Origin: a virus
Lineage: Duplodnaviria > Caudoviricetes
IMG/VR virus record: IMGVR_UViG_3300005965_000006
Location: 1 to 57,303 of that record
Length of the DNA stretch: 57,303 nucleotides
Reading direction: 5' to 3' (one strand)
Shown: piece by piece, positions 8,945 through 17,283 of the stretch
How positions within the stretch are numbered: position 1 is the stretch's first letter
Layout of the letters: every line of letters starts with the position of its first letter
Made by a program: the position numbers and the translations under genes
The notes under the pieces: generated by a model
Databases searched by the model: none
Told to the model about the DNA's origin: nothing
The model's input: only the letters and a program-made list of their open reading frames with translations

Positions 8945-9993
8945 TGAACTATGACGGAATTTTCAAAAGAAAAAGAGGTATGCTGCTCTGGGCCTATAAC
9001 AACCCTCCAGGTGATGGCAATAACCCTGGTGACGGTGGTGGCGGTACTGACCCTGGTAGTGGTGGCGGTGAGCCTAACCCACCTGGCGAAGGAGCTCCAG
9101 GAGACGGAAATACTCCTCCAGCAGACGATAAAGGAACTGGGGGAACTGGAGACAATAGCGATTCTGGAGACTCCGACGACTCGTTAAACATTAAATATGG
9201 AGATGATACTCCCATAGACAAGTTTCTTGAAGCCTATCCACAATTTAAGGATAATGGTTCTATTAAACGTTATAAGAATGTTGGTGAACTCCTTAAAGGC
9301 TTTACTGAGCTTGATTCTAAAATGGGTAATATGATTGCTCTTCCAGGCGAGGATGCTTCTGACGAAGAAAAGAATGCTGCTATGGATAAAATATTCCAGA
9401 AGCTTGGTAAGCCTGAGTCAGCTGACAAGTATGAACTTTCAAGTGATGTCCCAGATGGACTTCAGTTTAATGAAGAGTTACAAAAGGACTTTAAACAATT
9501 TGCTCATGAGAATAATTTCACTGCTGCTCAAGCCGCAGCAGCTCAGAAATTTTGGAATGATAAAATGGGCACTACACTTGAAGAGCATCAACGAAATCAA
9601 CGTATAGCTGAAGAAACCAATGCTCAAACTCAAGCTAAAGAACTTAAAGGTATGTGGGGTTCTGAATACAAAACTAGAACCCAGATAGCTATCAACACAG
9701 CAAAAAGTTTACTTTCTCAAGATATGCTTGATTACCTTGATGAAACAGGTCTTGGTAACAATGCAAAATTTATCAGAGATATGTATAATATAAGTAAGAA
9801 ATTCTCCGGCGACGGTCCACCTAAAGGACCCGGTGGCGGTGGTGGTGGAGAGGATTACGATTCTCTCACATCTGAAGCCATGTCAATTAAGAAAGAAAAA
9901 GATTGGCATCTTGACCCAGTCAAGAAAAAACGAGTCCAAGAGATAGACACGAAACGTGCGGAGTTAAGATTCGAGAAACCAAAACAACAGTAG
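8944..9993 (+). CDS. Capsid scaffolding protein
   Basis: G/P/D-rich N-terminus; KLGKPESADKY, LKGMWG and GLGNN motifs; precedes the major capsid gene. Confidence 0.8.
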   Translation: MNYDGIFKRKRGMLLWAYNNPPGDGNNPGDGGGGTDPGSGGGEPNPPGEGAPGDGNTPPADDKGTGGTGDNSDSGDSDDSLNIKYGDDTPIDKFLEAYPQFKDNGSIKRYKNVGELLKGFTELDSKMGNMIALPGEDASDEEKNAAMDKIFQKLGKPESADKYELSSDVPDGLQFNEELQKDFKQFAHENNFTAAQAAAAQKFWNDKMGTTLEEHQRNQRIAEETNAQTQAKELKGMWGSEYKTRTQIAINTAKSLLSQDMLDYLDETGLGNNAKFIRDMYNISKKFSGDGPPKGPGGGGGGEDYDSLTSEAMSIKKEKDWHLDPVKKKRVQEIDTKRAELRFEKPKQQ

Positions 9994-10120
9994 TAGACGA
10001 GGCACCCGGGGTCACCGGTCTCAGACAGCTACTATCGTCACAGGAAGAGTCCGAAAGGGCACCTCGAACTGGTGACATAAGTATGGTGTACAGTTAGATG
10101 ATAGTAAAAGGAGACTCAAA

Positions 10121-10987
10121 ATGTCTGATACAATTCCTAACAGTTTTAAGGTGGCCTTCGACGATGAGTGCAAACTTGTCTATCAAGACAGCGGCCAAAG
10201 AATGAAAAAGGTTGTTAGAACGGAAAAATCTGATGGTTCTACATATACCTTCCAACTCTTAGGTAAAGGTGAAGCTAGTCAAAAAGCTAGAGGAGCCCAA
10301 ATTCCTAGGATGAATTTAAACCACACCGCTCCAACAGCTACTCTCGGCAAATGGTATGCTTCTGAGCCTATCGATGACCTCGATAGATTAGTTCAATCTT
10401 ATGATGAGCTTAAGAAGCTAGCTAGTATTTGTACAATGGCTGTCGGTAGAGCTGAAGATACTATAATTAAGAATGCTATCGTTGCAGGTGCTGTGGGCGC
10501 TGGTAACACAATCGACCACAACTCACTTGGATGGACCTTAGTTAAAGCCAAAATGCTCCATAGGGCCTTTGGTCAAAACTTTATCTTTGATTCTGGTATG
10601 GGTAACAACGTTGTATTCGTCACTTCAATGGGTTTTGAAGACCTGTTAAGTATTGACGGATTCTCTAACGCTGATTACATGGGACAAGAAGAAATGCCTT
10701 TCAAAATGTCCGGTCTTCAAGGTAAGAGATGGATGGGATTTGAATGGTATACATGGGATTCACTAACCCATAACTCTTCAACTCACGTAACAACCAACGT
10801 CGCATTCAACTCAGAGTGTGTAGGTTATGCTCACGCGGCTGACATTATCACTAAAGTATACAATAATGATGATACTGATGAGACTGTTGCTATGGCAAAA
10901 ACCTACGGTGGTGCAACCGCTATTGATACAGATGGTCTGATGGTAATTTATACCTACGAACCAGACTTAACTGAATCAGGAACATAA
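10121..10987 (+). CDS. Major capsid protein
   Basis: 288 aa; LVYQDSG, AVGRAEDTII and WMGFEW motifs of BPP-1-like capsids; AAAGGAG RBS; hairpin terminator follows. Confidence 0.88.
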   Translation: MSDTIPNSFKVAFDDECKLVYQDSGQRMKKVVRTEKSDGSTYTFQLLGKGEASQKARGAQIPRMNLNHTAPTATLGKWYASEPIDDLDRLVQSYDELKKLASICTMAVGRAEDTIIKNAIVAGAVGAGNTIDHNSLGWTLVKAKMLHRAFGQNFIFDSGMGNNVVFVTSMGFEDLLSIDGFSNADYMGQEEMPFKMSGLQGKRWMGFEWYTWDSLTHNSSTHVTTNVAFNSECVGYAHAADIITKVYNNDDTDETVAMAKTYGGATAIDTDGLMVIYTYEPDLTESGT

Positions 10988-10993
10988 TGGGAT

Positions 10994-11014
10994 GGCCGGT
11001 AATCCCGGCCTTTT
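10994..11014 (+). terminator. Intrinsic terminator after the capsid gene
   Basis: GGCCGG-taatc-CCGGCC-TTTT. Confidence 0.6.
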
Positions 11015-11063
11015 CCCTTAACAAACAACAAGTAATAGTAGATAAGTAATAAAGGAGGCCCTC

Positions 11064-11768
11064 ATGGCTTTTAATATGGAAAAATTGGATATAATCAAAC
11101 AGTTCCATGGCGGTGAAGCATTGTGTCTTTATAGAAATGATTCTGACACACTTGCCACTATCATGGCATCTGGGTACTTTGATGATGCTGCAAATTACCT
11201 AGCTTCTGGAAGCTTGATTATAGCAACAGCATCAGACAACTATAGCATACTCAAGGTTACTAATACAGCTGATGTAATTACTACAGAGGGTGTTACAGCA
11301 ACTGTAGCAGAACTTAATGCAGTAGCGGATGTTTCTGGTAGAATAGTTAATGTCACAGACGACTTAACCATGACTGCTGCTCTTCACGGTGGAAGAATCA
11401 TAACTGTCAATAAAGATGACGGAGCTACAATCACTCTTCCCGCAGCTACCGGTTCCGGACAGAAGTATGAGATTTATGTAGGAACAACTATTACTTCTAG
11501 TAACCTGATAATAGAAGCTGCTTCAGCTGATGACAGCTTCACCGGATTTGCCTACGGCGTAGATACCGATGCTGAAGGCGATACAGGATATACCTGGAAC
11601 GCTGATGCTAATGATGACACTATCACTATGGATGGTGATTCTAGAGGCGGCGTAGCTGGTGACAGAGTAGAGATTATAGATATAGCGGACGGCATATTTG
11701 CTGTAACTGCTCATATAACTCAGTCTGGTGGCTCAGAAGTTACACCATTCAGCGCTGCTGTATCCTAA
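11064..11768 (+). CDS. Putative capsid decoration / minor structural protein
   Basis: DTLATIMASGYF N-terminus; T/A/D/G-rich beta composition with ITLPAATGSG. Confidence 0.65.
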   Translation: MAFNMEKLDIIKQFHGGEALCLYRNDSDTLATIMASGYFDDAANYLASGSLIIATASDNYSILKVTNTADVITTEGVTATVAELNAVADVSGRIVNVTDDLTMTAALHGGRIITVNKDDGATITLPAATGSGQKYEIYVGTTITSSNLIIEAASADDSFTGFAYGVDTDAEGDTGYTWNADANDDTITMDGDSRGGVAGDRVEIIDIADGIFAVTAHITQSGGSEVTPFSAAVS

Positions 11769-11793
11769 GATAACAGCTAGTTAATAATAGTAA

Positions 11794-11828
11794 TAAACCC
11801 CTGTCCGATTCGTACAGGGGTTTATTTA
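11794..11828 (+). terminator. Intrinsic terminator
   Basis: AAACCCCTGT...ACAGGGGTTT followed by a T-rich tail. Confidence 0.75.
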
Positions 11829-11886
11829 TTAAACATATTAACTGATTCGGTAGTCCGTGCTATAATAATATTAAGAAACAAGGATT

Positions 11887-12480
11887 ATGGTAGTGAAAAT
11901 AGCGATAATAGGAAATCAAATCCTCAATAGTGGACCAATTCCTCCCGGCTATACAAAGTGGGGTTTTAATAGACAAATAAAAGAAGCTGATTATTGGTTT
12001 GATATTCATAGAAAAACCTGTGAGCATCTTACAGATAAGTCTGACTATGGAAAATTTATAAAAGAGAAAGGGAATAAGGCTTTTCTTTCTTTTGATAACC
12101 CTAATTTCCCGAAAGCTGAACATTTCCCTTGGGAGCAGTTGGTTTATAAGCATGGAGCTTTATTCACAAATTCAGTCGATTGGTTAATGGCTTATGCCAT
12201 CACATTAAAACCTAAGGTAATACTTCTTTACGGTATAACAATTCACCCAGAAGATAATCACGCTTTTTGCCGCCCTGGTAATGAATACTTTATAGGTTTC
12301 GCAAGAGGACAAGGTATTGAAGTAATAATTCCATCAACCTCTTGGCTCTGTCGACCTGAATATATTACCCCCGAGTATTATATAGGTCTTGACCATGGTA
12401 GGGGTATTTATGTTAGTGAGGATGCACTAGAACAGACAGTATTATTTAAAAATAAACAGTTATATGGAATAGAAAATTAA
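11887..12480 (+). CDS. Phage protein with possible GT29/DUF115-like Rossmann fold
   Basis: N-terminal IAIIGN and FTNSVDWLMAYAI...ILLYG...EYFIGFARGQGIEVIIP; has its own TGCTATAAT promoter. The fold is an inference. Confidence 0.5.
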   Translation: MVVKIAIIGNQILNSGPIPPGYTKWGFNRQIKEADYWFDIHRKTCEHLTDKSDYGKFIKEKGNKAFLSFDNPNFPKAEHFPWEQLVYKHGALFTNSVDWLMAYAITLKPKVILLYGITIHPEDNHAFCRPGNEYFIGFARGQGIEVIIPSTSWLCRPEYITPEYYIGLDHGRGIYVSEDALEQTVLFKNKQLYGIEN

Positions 12481-12490
12481 GGAGAAAATT

Positions 12491-12931
12491 ATGGTATTAC
12501 AGAATGCAAGAAAAGTAGCTAATCCAACACATCTTATTTCAGTAGCACAAAATACTCATTATGGAGTATATTCAATTCAAACTACTCAGCCTGAGGAAAT
12601 TATTGATGACCCTAGGTTTTTAGGCAAATGTTATCAATTTTTAAAACCTCTTGATAGAGTACAAGTTATAGATAGGGATGCTCAAGTAATATATGAGTAT
12701 ATTATGAAGAGCTTTGACTCTGTTAAGCTTTTAGCTGAAAAAATAAAATTATCTAAAATAGATTTAATGAGGGGCGAAGTTACTTATTATACTAATATGG
12801 CAGTTGGTCCTCAATATGTTCAAACAGGTGAAGAATATTCACAGGCGCCTGAATCATTAAAACTTCCTCCTGTAAGTAAACTTGCCAAGGTTAATGAAGA
12901 CGAAGATGAAGAAGATGAAGGTAACGAATAA
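12491..12931 (+). CDS. Hypothetical protein
   Basis: AAGGAG RBS; acidic C-terminus. Confidence 0.65.
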   Translation: MVLQNARKVANPTHLISVAQNTHYGVYSIQTTQPEEIIDDPRFLGKCYQFLKPLDRVQVIDRDAQVIYEYIMKSFDSVKLLAEKIKLSKIDLMRGEVTYYTNMAVGPQYVQTGEEYSQAPESLKLPPVSKLAKVNEDEDEEDEGNE

Positions 12932-13650
12932 TGGTTGTAGACGTTAGCTCAAGCTTAGATATAATGAATAATGCGCTTATCCTTTTGGACCAGTCGCCAA
13001 TGGATTCAGCTGAGCTTACGGCTAATACAACGAAGACAGCTAAGGCTTGTAACATTAAATGGCCCACAACAAGGAACAGTTTGCTTAGACTTCATCCCTG
13101 GAATTGTGTTCGTGATAGGCAAGTACTTACTGTAGATGAGACAGCTCCAGCTTTTGGTTATTCCTATAGATATGAGCTACCTGATGGTACAGGTACGCCA
13201 CCAAAATGTATTAGACCATTAGCTATTCAATATGAACAAGATGGGCATTATTTTCCTTTTGCATCAGGAACATTTGGTGGAGATATTCCTCTTAAGTATT
13301 CTTTTGTAATTGAAAACAGTTATCTTCTTACCAATACTCAAGGTACCACACTTAATAGAGATGAAACTGAAGGAATAAATCTTGTTTATACTTTTTTACC
13401 TAAAAGTGATGCTGTAGCTGATTATGATGATACACTTATAGAACTTATGTATTATAAATTAGCCTCTGAGATTGCTTTTACTGTAACAGGTAGCAGAAAT
13501 CTCGGTTTAACTTTTAAAAAGGATTTTAAAGAGTTATTAAAAGAGGCTAGAGCTATTAATGCTCAAGAGATTGCTCCGGGTATTCCAGTAGGTGCTGTTC
13601 TTGGAGCATATTCTGGTTTATCTTATACAGGCGCTTCGGAGACTTGGTAA
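12931..13650 (+). CDS. Tail adaptor (tubular protein A-like)
   Basis: IMNNALILL, LLRLHPWNC, FGYSYRYELP and EARAINAQE motifs; synteny. Confidence 0.85.
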   Translation: MVVDVSSSLDIMNNALILLDQSPMDSAELTANTTKTAKACNIKWPTTRNSLLRLHPWNCVRDRQVLTVDETAPAFGYSYRYELPDGTGTPPKCIRPLAIQYEQDGHYFPFASGTFGGDIPLKYSFVIENSYLLTNTQGTTLNRDETEGINLVYTFLPKSDAVADYDDTLIELMYYKLASEIAFTVTGSRNLGLTFKKDFKELLKEARAINAQEIAPGIPVGAVLGAYSGLSYTGASETW

Positions 13651-16056
13651 ATGAGAATACATCCTGGAATAAATATATTTAATACAGGAGAAGTTACTCC
13701 ATTAATGTATCATAGAAGAGACTTTAAAAAGTTTCCTTCTTCTTGTGCTGTGATGGAAAATTGTATACCACTTATTTATGGCCCTTTTATGAAACGTTCA
13801 GGAACTAAATATGTAGCTGGCGCTAAAAGTGATACAACTGATGCTTTATTAATTCCTTTTGTTTTTAGTGAGACACAATCCTATATAATTGAACTTGGTC
13901 ACTATTATGTTCGTTTTTATACTAATGAGGGTCAAGTGGTAAAGACTCTTGCAACCACGGATGCTTGGGTTACTGGAACAAATTATATTAATGGTTACAG
14001 CTATGTAAAAGAAAGCGGAACTATTTATAGATGTGCTGAAACACATACATCTGGTACTTTTGCTGATGACCTTGCTGCAGGTAAATGGACAGAACAGTCT
14101 ATTTATGAAATACCTTCTCCTTATGCTGCTGCAAATTTAACTGATTTAGATTTTGAACAGAATAATGATATTTTATTTATAACTTATAGTGGTTATAGAC
14201 CAATGAAGCTTTCTCGCTATAATCATACTAAGTGGGTTATGGAAGAGGTTGCTTTTAAAGATGGACCATATATGCCAGAAAATACAAATGATAGTTATAA
14301 GCTAGCTGCTTCTGCCGCTACAGGTAATATTACTATTCAGGCTACTGGTCATGGACCATTTACATCAAGTGATGTAGGTAGACATGTATGGATTAGTGAT
14401 GGAGGCTCACCACCAACTATTGGTTGGGCTAAAATTACAGCATATAATGATTCTGGTAATGTTGACGCAACAGTACAGAGAACAATGCCTATAGGTAATC
14501 AAACTAAATGGCGTCTTGGACATTATTCTGATGGGCGTGGTTGGCCTTATACAAATGGTTTTCATAGTGGTAGACATTATTATGGTGGAACAGATTCTGA
14601 CCCAGGTAGAGTTGATGGTAGTGTTCCAGATGATTATGAAACATTTTCACCTGTAGACCAAGTTACTGGAGACCAAACCGATGCTTCAGCAATTCAAGCA
14701 CCAATTTCAACAGGTAAATCTAATATAATTAAATGGCTTCTATCTATGGAAACATTGTTTGTTGGAACACTAGGTAATGAGGTTGCCTTTGAAGCTGAGG
14801 GTGGTGATACTGCTTTTACACCTACTAACTATGTTGTTAAAGAGATTTCTCAACATGGCTCAAAGAAACTTAAACCAATTAAACTAAATAATACTGGAAT
14901 CTTTTTGCAAAAAGCTGGACGTAAATTAAGAGAAATTACTTATTCCTTTACAGACGATAAATATATTTTCCCAGACTTATCTGTATTTGCTGAGCATCTT
15001 ACTTATGGTGGAATTAAACAAATTGCTTATCAAGAAGAACCTATTTCTATGTTTTGGATAGTAAAAGAAAATGGAGAACTAGTTTCCTTTGCTTATGATA
15101 AAAGGCAAGAAGTTATTGCTTGGGGTAGACATCAATTAGGTGGTAATTTTGTAAAGGTCCTCTCTGCTGCCGCAATACCTCATCCTACTGAAAATAGGGA
15201 TAGAGTCTGGTTATTGGTTGAAAGATATATCGACGGTGGACTTAAACGCTATGTAGAATATTTTGAGTCTGAATTTGATACTAACACAGACCAAGAAGAT
15301 GGTTATTTTGTTGATTGTGGAGCTACAAGAGATGTAACACAAGATATTGAAGATATTGAATGGGATGCTATTAATAGCGTTACAAATATAACAATTACCG
15401 GGCATGGCTTATCTACAGGCGATACTGTTATATTTAGAGATATTCTTACTTATGTAGGTACAGACTATTCTGAGTTAAATGGAAATAGTTATGAGATTAC
15501 TAAAGTAAATAATGATACTTTTTCTATAGAAGTAGATTCTAGTAGTTATACAGAGTATAACACAAATCAAAATGGTACTATAAGCTCATTTATTTCTGAG
15601 ATAACTAGTGGCTTAGACCATCTTGAAGGCGAGACTGTTGATGTAGTAGTTGATGGTGTACCTCAAACACAGAAAACCGTAACAAATGGTGAAGTAGAAT
15701 TAGATAGTGCTGGAGCAACTATACATATTGGACTACCTTTCTCAGCCTATTGGAAATCTTTAAGAATGATGAAAGATATGGGGGATGGTTCTCACTCAGG
15801 AGCACGCCACCAAAAAATACATGCTATAGATATAGATATATACAAAACAAGCTATGCTAAATATGGTACAGAAATAAATGGTGTAGAAGAATTAGTTGAA
15901 TTACCTATTGGAAATTCAAATTATGCTTTATCAACTAAAAAAGTAACAACTGATTTTGGCGGTCGTTGGGGTAAAGAACCACAAGTTATTATTAAAAGTG
16001 ATAAGCCAACACCTTTATGTATTCAAGAAGTAACCCCGTTAGTGAGTGTGAATTAA
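13651..16056 (+). CDS. Tail nozzle (tubular protein B-like)
   Basis: FNTGEVTP, KRSGTKYV, LIPFVFS, DLSVFAEHL, IAYQEEP, GLDHLEGETV. Confidence 0.9.
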   Translation: MRIHPGINIFNTGEVTPLMYHRRDFKKFPSSCAVMENCIPLIYGPFMKRSGTKYVAGAKSDTTDALLIPFVFSETQSYIIELGHYYVRFYTNEGQVVKTLATTDAWVTGTNYINGYSYVKESGTIYRCAETHTSGTFADDLAAGKWTEQSIYEIPSPYAAANLTDLDFEQNNDILFITYSGYRPMKLSRYNHTKWVMEEVAFKDGPYMPENTNDSYKLAASAATGNITIQATGHGPFTSSDVGRHVWISDGGSPPTIGWAKITAYNDSGNVDATVQRTMPIGNQTKWRLGHYSDGRGWPYTNGFHSGRHYYGGTDSDPGRVDGSVPDDYETFSPVDQVTGDQTDASAIQAPISTGKSNIIKWLLSMETLFVGTLGNEVAFEAEGGDTAFTPTNYVVKEISQHGSKKLKPIKLNNTGIFLQKAGRKLREITYSFTDDKYIFPDLSVFAEHLTYGGIKQIAYQEEPISMFWIVKENGELVSFAYDKRQEVIAWGRHQLGGNFVKVLSAAAIPHPTENRDRVWLLVERYIDGGLKRYVEYFESEFDTNTDQEDGYFVDCGATRDVTQDIEDIEWDAINSVTNITITGHGLSTGDTVIFRDILTYVGTDYSELNGNSYEITKVNNDTFSIEVDSSSYTEYNTNQNGTISSFISEITSGLDHLEGETVDVVVDGVPQTQKTVTNGEVELDSAGATIHIGLPFSAYWKSLRMMKDMGDGSHSGARHQKIHAIDIDIYKTSYAKYGTEINGVEELVELPIGNSNYALSTKKVTTDFGGRWGKEPQVIIKSDKPTPLCIQEVTPLVSVN

Positions 16057-16057
16057 T

Positions 16058-16531
16058 ATGAAAAAGAAATTAGAGATAGTCAAAACAATTCCACAACATT
16101 TTAAAGATATTGAAATACAAGAAGCTCAAGCATTTTGCAGAGAACCATTCGAAACTAATCCTAATTATGCTATACTATTGTGCGAGCAAGGTTTTACACG
16201 TACAGGTATAGCTGAAGATGGAACAATAGTAGGTATTATGGGCTTATTATTTAATCATGCTAATAGTGCTAGTGGTTGGGGTATATTAAGTCCTCATTTT
16301 AAAAAGTATATTAGACAAGCAATCCCTGCAGTAAAAGAAGTTCTTGCGAGCTATTCACACATAAACCGTATTGAAGTAAGCGCCTCAGTAAAATTTCCAG
16401 AAGCTCACAAACTTCTCACAAAATCTTTTGGTTTTAAACCAGAAGCTATATTGGAAAAATATGATATATTAGGTCATGACCATATTCTATATACCCGTAT
16501 AGCTAATTCAATTGAATGGGAAATGAAATAA
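16058..16531 (+). CDS. GNAT-like protein at the T7 gp13 position
   Basis: RIEVSAS...FGFKPEAILEKY acetyltransferase-like C-terminus; synteny. Confidence 0.7.
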   Translation: MKKKLEIVKTIPQHFKDIEIQEAQAFCREPFETNPNYAILLCEQGFTRTGIAEDGTIVGIMGLLFNHANSASGWGILSPHFKKYIRQAIPAVKEVLASYSHINRIEVSASVKFPEAHKLLTKSFGFKPEAILEKYDILGHDHILYTRIANSIEWEMK

Positions 16532-16707
16532 TGAAAGTATGTTCTAAGTGTAAAATTGAATATCCTGAATATAGTAAAGTAAAAGATGTTCTTCGCAATA
16601 AACGTGTTAAAAACGTCACACCTTGTGATATAATAATTAAAGAGCAAATATTGGAAATACTTACTATAGAAGAGCATAAAGAAAAGCATAAATTGAGGTA
16701 TAACTAG
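16531..16707 (+). CDS. Small protein, possible decayed zinc-finger/HNH remnant
   Basis: MKVCSKCK start resembles 2550; ends LTIEEHKEKH. Confidence 0.4.
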   Translation: MKVCSKCKIEYPEYSKVKDVLRNKRVKNVTPCDIIIKEQILEILTIEEHKEKHKLRYN

Positions 16708-17283
16708 ATGGCCGACCCTCTTACCTTGTTAATTATAGGCGGCATTCTCGCTGTAACAGGAACCGCAGTATCAACTGGGGTTGTTGCTCATCAAGCAAAT
16801 GAAAGTCGCAAATATCAGCAAGAGGTTCTTGACAAACAAAGACTTGTTGCTGAAGAGAATGCTGCATTAGCTAGGCAACAAGCAGATGTTAAAGCTTGGG
16901 AAGTCAAACGTCAAGCACATAGGTTTAGAGCCACCCAACTTACGAAAATGGGGGCTTCTGGCGTAGGTATGGAAGGCAACTTCTTGGACTTAGTAGGTCA
17001 ATCTGCTGCAGACCAAGAATGGGATATTTTAAATACTAAATATGAAGGTAAATTAACAGCTCGTCAACATATGATACAAGCAATGGGTGCTCAAGACCAA
17101 ATAGATTTACTTGATAAGCAAATGCAGAATCCATGGCTTGAGAGTGGTATTGCGGGAGCAACTACTGCAGGCTCAACGATGTTCTCTATTGCTGGTTCCG
17201 GCGTTGGTAGCGGCTCAGGCGGCTCAGGCGGTGGTTCCGGTGGAGGCGGCTCAGGCGGTGGTTCCGGTGGAGGCGGTAGCTAA
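16708..17283 (+). CDS. Ejection (internal virion) protein with Gly/Ser tail
   Basis: Hydrophobic N-terminus, GASGV motif, GGS repeats; synteny. Confidence 0.75.
   Translation: MADPLTLLIIGGILAVTGTAVSTGVVAHQANESRKYQQEVLDKQRLVAEENAALARQQADVKAWEVKRQAHRFRATQLTKMGASGVGMEGNFLDLVGQSAADQEWDILNTKYEGKLTARQHMIQAMGAQDQIDLLDKQMQNPWLESGIAGATTAGSTMFSIAGSGVGSGSGGSGGGSGGGGSGGGSGGGGS

Noticed and set aside
17195-17280. GC-rich tandem repeat
   Set aside because: Explained by the Gly/Ser linker coding sequence.
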